Below, one piece after another: positions 33,624-45,563 of a DNA stretch of 64,000 bases. The notes beneath the pieces are model-generated. The model was not told the origin of the DNA. It saw nothing but the letters and a program-made list of their open reading frames with translations, and ran no database searches. Position 1 is the stretch's first letter; every line of letters starts with the position of its first letter. The stretch is from Gemmatimonadales bacterium (GTDB lineage: Bacteria; Gemmatimonadota; Gemmatimonadetes; Gemmatimonadales; GWC2-71-9), in the NCBI GenBank assembly GCA_035310725.1, contig DATGDT010000257.1, positions 1,216 through 65,215 on the forward strand. The letters run 5' to 3'. A program made the translations under genes and the position numbers.

Positions 33624-36600
33624 TGGATCAGGTGCCCGTGCCGCCCGACGAGCTCCGCACCGCGTCCTTCATCAACCGGATCGTCGCGGTCTCCCTGCGG
33701 CAGCGTTTCCTGGTCGGGCTGCTGACGTTGCTCCTGATCGGCGTCGGAGTCTGGTCGTTCTCGCGGCTGCCGGTGGATGCGTACCCCGACCTCTCGCCCA
33801 CCATGGTGGAGGTCATCACCCAATGGCCGGGGCACGCCGCGGAAGAGGTCGAGCGCCTGATCACCGTGCCGCTGGAGGTCGAGATGAACGGCCTGCCGCG
33901 GATGCGGATCATCCGGTCTGTCTCGCTGTACGGCCTTTCGGACGTCGTGATGACGTTCGCCGACGGCACCGACGACTATTTCGCGCGCCAGCAGGTCTTC
34001 GAGCGGCTTCCCGACGCGGAGCTTCCCGACGGCGTGTCTCCCTCGGTATCCCCGCTCTTCTCGCCCTCGGGGCTAGTCTACCGCTACGTGGTGGAGAGCC
34101 CCGATCGCTCGCCCTGGGAGCTGAAGATCATCAACGACTGGGTCATCGGACGCCAGTACAAGTCGGTCCCGGGCGTGGCCGACGCGTCTCTATTCGGCGG
34201 CGAGACCTTCCAGTATCAGGTCCTGATCGACCCGACCCGGCTCGCCGGCGCCGGCCTGTCGGTGGTGGACGTCGAAAACGCGCTGGCACAGAACAACGGC
34301 AATGCCGGCGGGGGCTTTTATTCCGAGGGCGGCCAGTTCTACTACATCCGGGGTCTCGGACGGCTCCAGACGCTCGAGGACATCGGCAACGTCGTGCTCG
34401 CGACCCGCAACGGCGTGCCCATCCTGGTCAAGGATGTCGGGCAGGTGGTCGCGGGGCACGCCCCCCGCCTCGGGCAATTCGGCTTCAACCGGACCGACGA
34501 TGCCGTCGAGGGCGTGATCCTGATGCGGAAGGGGGAGCAGGCCCAAACCGTGCTGAAGGGCGTCGCGGCCAGGACGCAGGAGCTCAACGAGTCCATCCTC
34601 CCGAAGGACGTCAAGGTTCACGTCTATTACGACCGCAGCGACCTGATCGCCCTGACCACCCATACCGTGGAGGGAAACCTGGCGCGCGGGATCATCCTGG
34701 TTCTCGTGGTCCTGGTCTTCTTCCTCTACGACGTCCGCTCGGCGCTGATCGTCGGGGTGACCATCCCCCTCTCGCTGCTGTTCGCGTTCCTGTGGCTCGA
34801 CCTGCGCCACATCCCCGCGAACCTGCTGTCAATCGGAGCGATCGATTTCGGGATCCTCGTCGACAGCGCGGTGATCATGGTGGAGAACATCCACCGGCAG
34901 GTCGCGCTGCGCTACGGAACCGACTACCGCCTCCACGAGGTCATCGTGGACGCCGCGGCCGAGGTCGACCGGCCGATCTTCTATTCGGTGGCCGTGATCG
35001 TGGCCGGATTCCTGCCGATCTACGTGCTCTCCGGCCCCTCGGGCAAGCTGTTCAAGCCCACCGCGGATACGATGATTTTCGCCCTGGTGGGGTCGCTCCT
35101 AGTCACCCTGACGCTCTTGCCGATGCTCTGTGCCTGGCTCCTGCGGCGGGGCGTCAAGGAGCGTCGCAACCCGGTATTCGAGCGAATCAAGGAATGGTAC
35201 GAGCGGACGCTCGACTGGTGCCTCGCCCGGCCCCGGACGACGATCGGGGCGTCGGCCGGGCTGTTCGCCTTCGGGCTGCTGCTTACGCCGGCGATCGGCG
35301 CGGAGTTCATGCCGCATCTCGACGAAGGCGCCGTCTGGGTGCGGGCCACCATGCCGTACACGATCTCGCTCGAGGAGTCGGCGAAGATCGTGCCGCAGAT
35401 TCGCGCCATCCTGATGTCGTTCCCCCAGGTAACGGATGTCGCGGACGAGCACGGACGCCCCGATGACGGCACCGACCCCACCGGCTTCTTCAATGCCGAG
35501 TTCTACGTCGGCCTGAAGCCGTATGGGGAATGGACCGGCCCGATCAGGAACAAGGCGCAGCTGATCGCGGCCATCGACCAACGGCTCGAATCCTTCCCGG
35601 GGATCATCTTCAACTACACGCAGCCCGCCGAAGACGCGGTCGACGAGGCGGAGACGGGGCTGAAGAGCGCGCTGGACGTGAAGGTCTTCGGCCCCGACCT
35701 GGACACGCTGCAGACCATCGGCAAACAGATCAAACGCGTGCTCCAGAACGTGGCCGGCGTCAGCCAGCTCACGCTGGTCGAGGAACTCGGGCAACCGAGC
35801 CTCACCGTGACGCCCGATCGGGCGAAGATCGCGCGCTACGGGCTCAACGTCGCCGACATCAACAACCTCATCGAAGCCGCGGTCGGCGGCAGTGCGGCCA
35901 CGCAGATCGTCCAGGGAGAGCGATTGTTCGACCTGGTCGTGCGACTCCAGCCGCAGTTCCGGGAAACCCCCGAGGCGATCGCGAACATCGTCGTGGCGAC
36001 CCCCGGCGGGCAGCATATTCCGCTCAAGGAGCTGGCGACCATTCAAGTGGCGAACGGCGCCTCCTTCATCTATCGCCAGGACAACTCCCGCTTCATCGGA
36101 GTGCAGTATTCGGTCGAAGGGCGCGACCTCGCGGGCACGGTGCAGGACGCCCAGCGGCAGGTGGCGGCACAGGTACACGCACCGCCGGGCTACCGTGTCG
36201 TGTGGGGAGGGGAGTATCAGGAATACACGGCGTCGCGCAGCCAGTTGCGGGTAATCGTGCCACTCACCCTGCTGCTGATCCTGCTGATTCTGTTCGCCCT
36301 GTACGGCAACATGAAGTTCCCGTTGATCGCCGTGGGGGGAGTGGTGCTGTCGGCCCCGTTGGGGGGGCTGTTGATGTTGTGGATCACGGGCACCCCCTTC
36401 TCGGTGTCTTCCGGCATCGGATTCCTTGCGCTGTTCGGCGTCTCGGTTCAGACTGCCGTCGTGTACGTTTCCTACGCCAATGAGCTGCGCAAGGACGGCA
36501 TCGACATCGCCAACGCGGCCCGCGAGGCGGCGCTCCTGCGGCTGCGTCCCATCATGATGACCGCCATCGTCGCCGCGCTGGGGCTGCTCCCCGCGGCCAT

Positions 36601-36745
36601 GGCGCACGGCGTCGGCACCGATTCCCAGCGCCCGTTCGCCATGGTGATCGTCGGCGGCATGATGTCGGAGCTGTTGATCAGCATCCTCCTGATGCCCGTG
36701 CTGTATGCCCTGGTCGCGCGCAGCGGGGATCGATTGGAGGTGTGA
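33620..36745 (+). CDS. Heavy-metal efflux RND pump (CzcA/CusA family)
   Basis: ORF 1041 aa with 12-TM AcrB/CzcA topology and HME-like motifs (GAIDFGILVDSAVIMVEN). Confidence 0.92.
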   Translation: MMDQVPVPPDELRTASFINRIVAVSLRQRFLVGLLTLLLIGVGVWSFSRLPVDAYPDLSPTMVEVITQWPGHAAEEVERLITVPLEVEMNGLPRMRIIRSVSLYGLSDVVMTFADGTDDYFARQQVFERLPDAELPDGVSPSVSPLFSPSGLVYRYVVESPDRSPWELKIINDWVIGRQYKSVPGVADASLFGGETFQYQVLIDPTRLAGAGLSVVDVENALAQNNGNAGGGFYSEGGQFYYIRGLGRLQTLEDIGNVVLATRNGVPILVKDVGQVVAGHAPRLGQFGFNRTDDAVEGVILMRKGEQAQTVLKGVAARTQELNESILPKDVKVHVYYDRSDLIALTTHTVEGNLARGIILVLVVLVFFLYDVRSALIVGVTIPLSLLFAFLWLDLRHIPANLLSIGAIDFGILVDSAVIMVENIHRQVALRYGTDYRLHEVIVDAAAEVDRPIFYSVAVIVAGFLPIYVLSGPSGKLFKPTADTMIFALVGSLLVTLTLLPMLCAWLLRRGVKERRNPVFERIKEWYERTLDWCLARPRTTIGASAGLFAFGLLLTPAIGAEFMPHLDEGAVWVRATMPYTISLEESAKIVPQIRAILMSFPQVTDVADEHGRPDDGTDPTGFFNAEFYVGLKPYGEWTGPIRNKAQLIAAIDQRLESFPGIIFNYTQPAEDAVDEAETGLKSALDVKVFGPDLDTLQTIGKQIKRVLQNVAGVSQLTLVEELGQPSLTVTPDRAKIARYGLNVADINNLIEAAVGGSAATQIVQGERLFDLVVRLQPQFRETPEAIANIVVATPGGQHIPLKELATIQVANGASFIYRQDNSRFIGVQYSVEGRDLAGTVQDAQRQVAAQVHAPPGYRVVWGGEYQEYTASRSQLRVIVPLTLLLILLILFALYGNMKFPLIAVGGVVLSAPLGGLLMLWITGTPFSVSSGIGFLALFGVSVQTAVVYVSYANELRKDGIDIANAAREAALLRLRPIMMTAIVAALGLLPAAMAHGVGTDSQRPFAMVIVGGMMSELLISILLMPVLYALVARSGDRLEV

Positions 36746-37353
36746 TGCGGAGCCAGGTCTCGGCGTTCGTGCTGCTGTGCGTCGGCGCAGTCCGGCTGGC
36801 TGCCCAGACGTCGCTGCACGCTACCGTCGCCGCACGCTACACTTCGACCCTGGTGCACGATTCGATCGTCACACCCCTCGACGTGCGGCCGGACGTCGCG
36901 CCCGCGCTCACGGCCGCGGTGGATCTGCCGCTCACCGCTCCCTGGAAGCTCGAGATCCTGGCCGACCTCACCACCAGCACGCTGCGCCGCCACGACGCGG
37001 GCGGCGGCACCGCTCCCATCACCAGGCTGTGGACGCTCGGCGTGTCGGTGGGCCTGCGCCGGCAGCTCAATCCCTGGCTCGAAGGGCGCGCGGCGGTGGG
37101 CGGATTGAAGTACCTGCCGGCCGCTTCGATCGGCCTGTTCAGCGCCGGCAGCGGATTGATGCCTTACGGATCGATCGCGCTGGATGCCGCGCCGGCCGTC
37201 CTCGCGCAGCGCCGCCTGGCGCTCGAGGTGGCCGGCGACGTGCATCGGTTTCTCACTCCGGCACTGCGCAATGCCGGATTCACCGACGCCCGGCTCGTGT
37301 ATCGGCTCAGCGCCGGCGTGCGAGTGGACCTGCGGCGCGGGAGGGCATCGTGA
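36742..37353 (+). CDS. Putative small outer-membrane beta-barrel protein
   Basis: ORF 203 aa. Has a signal peptide (VLLCVGAVRLAAQ) and alternating hydrophobic beta-strand pattern; the C-terminus is atypical. GTGA/ATGA-type overlap with the RND gene. Confidence 0.5.
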   Translation: MMRSQVSAFVLLCVGAVRLAAQTSLHATVAARYTSTLVHDSIVTPLDVRPDVAPALTAAVDLPLTAPWKLEILADLTTSTLRRHDAGGGTAPITRLWTLGVSVGLRRQLNPWLEGRAAVGGLKYLPAASIGLFSAGSGLMPYGSIALDAAPAVLAQRRLALEVAGDVHRFLTPALRNAGFTDARLVYRLSAGVRVDLRRGRAS

Positions 37354-37994
37354 GGGACCGGCGCTGGCCGGTGCTGGCGATCGCGCTGGCAGCCGCCGGC
37401 TGCACCGATCCCCTGGTACCGAGTCGCGCGGCGATCTATCCGTTCGCCGATGCCTTCGGCGACGTGTTTCATTGGCCCGCCGACCGGCTCCCCGTACGCA
37501 TCTACGCCGATCCGCGCGGCGATCTCTCCGCGCTGGTCAGCCGGGCGGTCGATCTCTGGGCGCGGCAGCTGCTCTACGGTGAGCTCACGGTGGTCATGGT
37601 GGCGGACTCGAACCGCGCCGACGTGATCGTGCGCTGGGCCGACAGTGTGCCGCCGGCGGCTACGCCCGATGCGGGCCCGCCGGTCGAAGCCTGCGGCGGC
37701 GTCACCCAAGGCACCCTGGACGGGACGGGCCAGGCGTTCGCCGCGCCGTTCGAGACCGAGATCAGCATTCTCACCGGCACCGTGTTCACGCCCGAGCAGG
37801 TGGCGGCATGCGTCCGGCGCACGACGCTGCACGAGCTGGGGCATTCCTTCGGGCTGTTCCAGGAAACGGCGGATACGCTCTCCGCGATGCGCTCGCCGCC
37901 GCTCGTGGCGGAGCCGGCCGCCATCGACCGCCGCACGATCCAGGTGCTGTACCACACGCCAGCGACGCTCGCGCCGCCACCACGCCGGCCGTAA
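37350..37994 (+). CDS. Lipoprotein zinc metalloprotease (HExxH, matrixin/M10-like)
   Basis: Part of ORF 36705-37994. GTG 37350 forms a GTGA overlap with the upstream stop. Lipobox LAAAGC and zinc motif TLHELGHSFGL. Confidence 0.65.
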   Translation: MRDRRWPVLAIALAAAGCTDPLVPSRAAIYPFADAFGDVFHWPADRLPVRIYADPRGDLSALVSRAVDLWARQLLYGELTVVMVADSNRADVIVRWADSVPPAATPDAGPPVEACGGVTQGTLDGTGQAFAAPFETEISILTGTVFTPEQVAACVRRTTLHELGHSFGLFQETADTLSAMRSPPLVAEPAAIDRRTIQVLYHTPATLAPPPRRP

Positions 37995-38027
37995 GTCCCA
38001 CGCGCGCCTGGGAATACGGCGCTTCGG

Positions 38028-38056
38028 CTTGACACCCCCGCCCTGTCCGCCTAGCA
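38028..38056 (+). promoter_or_regulatory. Candidate sigma70-type promoter of maeB
   Basis: TTGACA (38028-38033), 17-nt spacer, TAGCAT (38051-38056). It lies 35 nt upstream of ATG 38091, in a 96-nt intergenic gap. Confidence 0.4.
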
Positions 38057-38090
38057 TAACCCCTTCCCTGGAAAGGACTTCTGGAACTCG

Positions 38091-40361
38091 ATGTCCAGCC
38101 GCCGCCAGGAGGCCCTCGATTATCACTCGCAGGGCCGCCCTGGGAAGATCCAGGTCTCGCCGACCAAGCCCTTCAAGAACCAGCGCGACCTGTCCCTCGC
38201 CTACACGCCGGGGGTGGCGGAGCCGTGCCTCGAGATCGCCAAGCACCCGGACGACGTCTACCTCTATACGACCCGGGGCAACCTCGTGGCCGTGGTCTCG
38301 AACGGCACCGCGGTGCTCGGTCTGGGCGACATCGGGGCGCTCGCCTCTAAGCCGGTGATGGAGGGCAAGGGAATCCTCTTCAAGGCGTTCGCCGACATCG
38401 ACGTGTTCGACCTGGAAGTCGGGTCCACCGATCCCGACGACCTGATCCGGTTCTGCCAGCTGCTCGAGCCGACCGTCGGCGGGATCAACCTCGAAGACGT
38501 GCGCTCCCCGGACTGCTTCTACGTTGAAGAGCGGCTGCGGGAGACGCTGTCCATTCCGGTGTTTCACGACGATCAGCACGGCACGGCGATCATCACCGGC
38601 GCCGCGCTCACGAACGCCCTGGAGCTCGTCGAGAAGGATGCGGCCGAGGTGCAGGTGGTGTTCGCCGGTGCCGGCGCAGCCGCCCTCGCGACGGCGGAGC
38701 ACTACGTCCGCCTGGGCGTACAGCGCGAGCACATCACGCTGTGCGACATCAACGGACCGGTGCACGACGGCCGGACCGACCTGAACCCCTACCAGCGCCG
38801 CTTCGCCCGGACGCTGCGCGCCCGCACACTGGCCGAGCTGTTCCGCGGCGCGGACGTGTTCGTCGGGCTGTCGGCGGGCGGGATCGTCAGCGGCGACATG
38901 ATCAAGGACATGGCGGAGCGTCCCATCGTCTTCGCGTTGGCGAATCCCACGCCGGAAATCATGCCCGACGAGGTCCGCCGCGTCCGCCCCGACGCGATCG
39001 TGGCGACGGGGCGCTCCGACTTTCCCAATCAGGTGAACAACGTCCTCGGGTTCCCGTTCATCTTCCGGGGCGCGCTCGACGTACGCGCGAAGAAGATCAA
39101 CGCGGAGATGGAGATGGCCGCGACCCGGGCGCTCGCGGCGCTCGCCAAGGCGGAGGTGCCGGAGCCGGTGATGCGCGCCTACGGACTGGAACGGCTGCGG
39201 TTCGGTCCCGAGTACCTGATCCCCAAGCCGTTCGATCCGCGGGTCCTCCTGTGGGTCGCCCCCGCCGTGGCCTGGGCGGCCGTCGGCTCCGGGGTCGCCG
39301 GCCGGGTGATCGACGTCGAGGAGTACCGCGCCGAGCTGGACACCAGGCTCGGGCGGGTGCGGGGAGTGATGCGCGGTCTGTCGCAGCGGGTGCAGCACGA
39401 CCCGCAGCGCATCGTCTTTCCGGAAGGCGAGGACCCTCGCATCCTGCGCGCGGCGCGTGTGCTGGCCGACGACGGCGCCGCCCGCCCGATCCTGCTCGGC
39501 GACGTCGACGTGATGCGCCGCCAGGCCGACCATGCGGGCGTCACGCTCGAGGAGATCGAGCTGCTGGACCCGCGGCGCGCGGCGAACGCCGAGACGATGG
39601 CGCAGGAGATGTGGCGGCGCCGGCAGCGCCGCGGCATTACGCTGCGTGAAGCCCGGGCGCGCATCGCCGATCCGATGTACTACGGATTACTGATGTTGCG
39701 TCAGGGACAGGCCGACGCCTTCGTCGCCGGAGCGGACATGCACTACGCCGAGGCGATCCGGCCGGCGCTGGAGGTGATCGGCGTCGAGCCCGGCCGGCGT
39801 CACACCAGCGGCATCTACATGCTGGTGTTCCAGCAGCAGACGCTGTTCTTCGCCGACTGCACCGTCAACATCGACCCCGACGCCGAGACGCTGGCCGAAA
39901 TCGCGTCCGCGACGGCCCGGTTCGTCTGGCGCCTCGGCATCGAGCCGCGTGTCGCGCTGCTGTCCTGCTCGAATTTCGGATCCGTGAAACACCCCTCGGT
40001 GGAGAAGGTGCGGCGCGCCGTTCAGCTGCTGCACGAGCGCGAGCCCGAGCTCCAGGTGGATGGGGAGATGCAGGCCGACACGGCGGTGGTAGAGCGCATT
40101 CTCACCAAGACCTACCCCTTTTCCCGCCTGCGCACCGCCGCGAACGTGTTGATATTCCCCAACCTCGACGCCGCGAACATCTCCTACAAGCTGCTCGACC
40201 GGTTGGGCGGCGCCGAGGTCATCGGGCCGATCCTCGTCGGGATGGCCCAGCCGGTACACGTCTTGCAACGGGGAGCCGAGGTGAGCGATATCGTCAATCT
40301 GGCGGTGCTCGCCGCTCTGGACGCCCTCGAACATCGCCGCCACGCGCGGCCTACGCACTAA
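38091..40361 (+). CDS. maeB: NADP-dependent malic enzyme (malic enzyme + phosphotransacetylase-like domain)
   Basis: ORF 756 aa: [47 protein letters not shown], and a C-terminal PTA-like half. Confidence 0.95.
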   Translation: MSSRRQEALDYHSQGRPGKIQVSPTKPFKNQRDLSLAYTPGVAEPCLEIAKHPDDVYLYTTRGNLVAVVSNGTAVLGLGDIGALASKPVMEGKGILFKAFADIDVFDLEVGSTDPDDLIRFCQLLEPTVGGINLEDVRSPDCFYVEERLRETLSIPVFHDDQHGTAIITGAALTNALELVEKDAAEVQVVFAGAGAAALATAEHYVRLGVQREHITLCDINGPVHDGRTDLNPYQRRFARTLRARTLAELFRGADVFVGLSAGGIVSGDMIKDMAERPIVFALANPTPEIMPDEVRRVRPDAIVATGRSDFPNQVNNVLGFPFIFRGALDVRAKKINAEMEMAATRALAALAKAEVPEPVMRAYGLERLRFGPEYLIPKPFDPRVLLWVAPAVAWAAVGSGVAGRVIDVEEYRAELDTRLGRVRGVMRGLSQRVQHDPQRIVFPEGEDPRILRAARVLADDGAARPILLGDVDVMRRQADHAGVTLEEIELLDPRRAANAETMAQEMWRRRQRRGITLREARARIADPMYYGLLMLRQGQADAFVAGADMHYAEAIRPALEVIGVEPGRRHTSGIYMLVFQQQTLFFADCTVNIDPDAETLAEIASATARFVWRLGIEPRVALLSCSNFGSVKHPSVEKVRRAVQLLHEREPELQVDGEMQADTAVVERILTKTYPFSRLRTAANVLIFPNLDAANISYKLLDRLGGAEVIGPILVGMAQPVHVLQRGAEVSDIVNLAVLAALDALEHRRHARPTH

Positions 40362-40373
40362 AGGATCTCTCTC

Positions 40374-41992
<1,619 letters not shown>

Positions 41993-41996
<4 letters not shown>

Positions 41997-43345
41997 CCCG
42001 GCTCGAAGTCGTCCGCGATCCGCTTTGGAACAACATCCGGCTCGAGCCCGAGGCGCTCGAGCTGCTCGACACGCCCGCCGTCCAGCGCCTCCGTTACGTC
42101 CGGCAGCTGGGACACGCGTTTCTCGTGTACCCCGGGGCGACCCATACACGGCTCGAACACGCCCTGGGCGCCTATCACCTCGCGCGTCGCGCGATCGCGC
42201 TGCTCGACGAGAGCGGCCAGGCCGTCGATGCGGCCGACGCGCGACTGCTGCGCCTCGCCGCGCTGCTCCACGACGTCGGCCACTATCCGTTCTCGCACGC
42301 GCTGGAGGAGGCAGGCCTCCCCGGCCACGAGACCCTGGCCGAGATTCATCTGGCGCAGCCCGAGGTCGCCGAGGTCCTGGGCCGCTCGCGTATCGCCCCC
42401 CAGAAGCTGCTGACCCTGATCCGCGGCCAGAGCAAGGACCCGTTGGCGGGTCTCGTCTCCGGGGCGGTGGACGTGGACAAGCTCGACTATCTGTCGCGCG
42501 ATGCCTGGATGTGCGGCGTGCCCTACGGCGTCATCGACGTCGAGCGGCTGCTCTCCTCGCTGACCCTCGCGCCCGGTCCGGGCGGCCGCCTGTCGCTCGC
42601 CCTGCACGAGAAGGGCCTCGCGGCGCTCGAATCCCTGCTGTTCGCGAAATACCAGATGTATCGCAACGTGTACTGGCACCATGCGGTGCGCAGCGCCACG
42701 ACGATGTTCAAGCGGCTCGTCCGCACGGCCATCCGGGAGGGCCGCATCCGGGCCGACGACGTCGCCGTCGCGACCGATGACGGCCTGATCCACGAGCTGG
42801 ACCGCGATGATCCCACCGGGCTGGCGCGCCGCCTGCGCGAGCGCCGCCTCGCCAAACGGGCCCTGGACCTGCCCGCGACCGACCTCCCCGCCGATGTTGC
42901 CGACTGGCCCGCGACCGATCCCGACCTGACCGAGCAGGTCGAAGACCGGCTGGCCGCAGAAGCAGGGCTGCCGCCGGGAGCGTTGTTCCTCGATTTCCCC
43001 GCCAAGGAGCACATGCTGAGCGTCGAGCTGCCGCTCGTGCGCCGCGACGCGGCGGCGGGGGGAGGCCAGTCCACCGGCGATGGCGTGGGGACTCACCTGG
43101 GACTGCCGCGCGTGGCCGCCGAGTTGTACCGCTCGGCCCGGCGCCTGCGCGTGTTCACGCTGCAGACGGTGCGCCTGCGGGAGTCTGATATCGTCGAGCT
43201 GATCCGTCTGCCGCGCGAGGAAGTGGCGGCGCGGCTCGCCACTCAGCGGGGACTGCTCAGCGCTTCCGCGGGACCTCGGTCGCCTGGGTCGTCTCGTCGT
43301 CCTCGGGATACTCCACCGAATCGATCCGGACCAGAATCGCGGTGA
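41993..43345 (+). CDS. HD-domain phosphohydrolase (SAMHD1/dGTPase-like family)
   Basis: ORF 450 aa: [40 protein letters not shown] overlap with pckA. The 3' end overlaps the convergent PP2C gene by 89 nt. Confidence 0.8.
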
Positions 43346-44045
43346 TGTTGTCGAGGCCGCCGTGGCGGTTGGCCTCGTTGATCAGCTTGTCCACCTGCTC
43401 CTGCGGCATCTCGTCGCCGCGGCCGATGATTTCCTGCAGCTCGGGATCCTCGAGCATGCCCGTGAGCCCGTCCGAGGCCAGCAGGAACAGATCCTTCGCC
43501 TTCACGGAGCCCACGTACACGTCCGGCGTCACGTCACTGTTGGCGCCGACGCACCGCGTGATCACGTTGCTGTAGGGATGCGTGCGGGCCTGCTCGGCCG
43601 TGAGATATCCGGCGTCCACCTGCTCCTGCACGTAGGAATGGTCCTTGGTGACCTGGGTGAGCTTGCCGTCGCGCAGCAGGTAGGCGCGGCTGTCACCCAC
43701 CTGACCGATCAGGAACCGGGTGCCGTACAGCACCAGCGAGGTGACGGTCGTTCCCATCCCCCGCTTGTCGTGCTCGGTGAGAGTCCGCTGGAAGATGGCC
43801 GCGTTGGCCGCGCGGATCGCCCCCTGCATCCGATCGGCGACGTCCTTGTCCCCGAGTCCCCGCAGCGAGCCCAGTTCGCGGGCGATGTGACGCACCGCCA
43901 TCTCGCTCGCCACCTCCCCCGCGGCGTGGCCCCCCATGCCGTCGGCCACGACGAAGATCCCGCGGTCCGGCACCATGAGGTAGCTGTCCTCATTTCCCGA
44001 CCGGATGATGCCGACGTCGGACCGCCCTGCGCAGGTGATATGCAC
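43257..44045 (-). CDS. PP2C-family Ser/Thr protein phosphatase
   Basis: ORF 262 aa: RSGNEDSY, VADGMGGHAAGEVAS, MGTTVTSL, ASDGL. Confidence 0.92.
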   Translation of the reverse strand: MHITCAGRSDVGIIRSGNEDSYLMVPDRGIFVVADGMGGHAAGEVASEMAVRHIARELGSLRGLGDKDVADRMQGAIRAANAAIFQRTLTEHDKRGMGTTVTSLVLYGTRFLIGQVGDSRAYLLRDGKLTQVTKDHSYVQEQVDAGYLTAEQARTHPYSNVITRCVGANSDVTPDVYVGSVKAKDLFLLASDGLTGMLEDPELQEIIGRGDEMPQEQVDKLINEANRHGGLDNITAILVRIDSVEYPEDDETTQATEVPRKR

Positions 44046-44053
44046 GCTGGGCG

Positions 44054-45487
44054 TTACACCAGGATCCAGTAGATCAACATCGTGGCCGCAAGCACGACGA
44101 CGGCAGCACTCGAGCCGCAGCCTTTGCCCTTCTTCGGCGTCTGGGCAACGGGAGCCCCCGGACGCTTCGCGGGTCCGGCCGGCTTGGCGGGCGTCCTGGC
44201 CGGCGCGGGGGCGCGGGCGGGCGGAGGGGCAGAAGCGGGAGCGGGAGCGGCCTTGGGTGCTGGCGCCGCGGGCTTCGCCGCCGGCGCAGGAGCTGCCGGG
44301 GGAGGCGATGCCGGCGGCTTGATCGACTCGATCACCTTGGTGCCGCCACCCTTGACGACGCCCAGCGCGTCGTCCGTGGGCTCGAACACCAGCTGCACGT
44401 CGCCGAACCGCACCAGCGTCCCCGGCGCGATCGGCGTATCAGCGGCGATCCGCTCCCCGTCCACGTACGTGCCGTTCGTCGAGCCCAGATCCACCAGCAC
44501 CCACACCCCTTCGCGGCGCTGCAGCTTGGCATGGGCGGTCGAGACGGATTCGTCGGGGAGCACGAGGTCGTTGTAGTCGGCGCGTCCGATGTTGGCGATC
44601 GGGGTCTTCACCATCAGCCGCGTGCCCTTCAACCCACCGCTGCGCACCAGGAAGTTCGCGAGTGTCCCTCCACCGGCGACGGAGCCGGCCGGGGCGGCGG
44701 CGGACGCGCCGGGTCGTGGCGTCGCCGGCATGCCGAACGAGGTGTTCTGGAGTCGCGCGCCCGCACCGGGCGCCGGCGCGCTCGCCGCCGGTGCCGCCGC
44801 AGCCGCGGCGGCCGGCGCAGCCGCGGGGGCTGCGTCGGCGTAGAAGCGGAAGCTCTCCTCGCCGATCCGGATCACGTCGCCCCGCGCCAGCACGCGCTGC
44901 CCCTGGATCTGCTCGTCGTTGACGAACACGCCATTGGTGCTCGAATCGATCAGCAAATAGCCTTTGGGAGACGGGGCAATCTCGGCATGACGGCGCGATA
45001 CGTCCTTGCCGGGCACCACCACGTCACAGCCGGCTTCACGCCCGATCACGAGTGAAGCGGCCATGATCACGTATTCCCGCCCGTCGGTGAGCGACACGAG
45101 CCGCCCGCCGGTCGTGCCCACGGTGCGCGGCGCACCGGGGCGCGGGGGCGGCGCACCTTCCGGCACGGGCGACATGGCGGGAACGAACTGCGTGCTCCCG
45201 CTGCGGCGCTCGTCAACGAAGGTGAGCTCGAACCCGGCCACCTGCAGCTTGTCCCCGTGCAACAACGGCGTCGGCTCGGCGCCCAGCCGCACACCATTGA
45301 TCATTACGTCCGCCTCGGGGGTCGCCTTGCGGATAACCACCTGACCGTCGGGCTGCCCCTGCAACAGCGCGTGTCGGCTCTGCAGGCCCGGCCCCGTAAG
45401 CGAGATGGCGCACGACGGGTCGCTCCCCAGGGCAACTTCGCCCAGAGGAATCGTAAACCGCTTGCCGCCGAGCTCGAGCAAGGACAT
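44054..45487 (-). CDS. Triple-FHA-domain membrane-anchored protein
   Basis: ORF 477 aa. Three FHA cores (GSDPSCAISL...SRHALL; GREAGCDVVV...SRRHAEI...STNGVFVN; GRADYNDLVL...STAHAKL...STNGTYVDG), a Pro/Ala-rich linker and a C-terminal TM helix (AAVVVLAATMLIYWILV). Confidence 0.85.
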   Translation of the reverse strand: MSLLELGGKRFTIPLGEVALGSDPSCAISLTGPGLQSRHALLQGQPDGQVVIRKATPEADVMINGVRLGAEPTPLLHGDKLQVAGFELTFVDERRSGSTQFVPAMSPVPEGAPPPRPGAPRTVGTTGGRLVSLTDGREYVIMAASLVIGREAGCDVVVPGKDVSRRHAEIAPSPKGYLLIDSSTNGVFVNDEQIQGQRVLARGDVIRIGEESFRFYADAAPAAAPAAAAAAAPAASAPAPGAGARLQNTSFGMPATPRPGASAAAPAGSVAGGGTLANFLVRSGGLKGTRLMVKTPIANIGRADYNDLVLPDESVSTAHAKLQRREGVWVLVDLGSTNGTYVDGERIAADTPIAPGTLVRFGDVQLVFEPTDDALGVVKGGGTKVIESIKPPASPPPAAPAPAAKPAAPAPKAAPAPASAPPPARAPAPARTPAKPAGPAKRPGAPVAQTPKKGKGCGSSAAVVVLAATMLIYWILV

Positions 45488-45563
45488 GAACGGCTTCTCC
45501 AGGGGCGCTTGCCGAAGGTCGGAAAGCTACGCCCGGGGGTGTAACCGGGCAAGCCGACGTGGG

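Noticed and set aside
44082-44576. Plus-strand Ala/Gly-rich ORFs opposite the FHA gene
   Set aside because: They are antisense to the Pro/Ala-rich linker of the triple-FHA protein. This is low-complexity mirror sequence rather than a gene.
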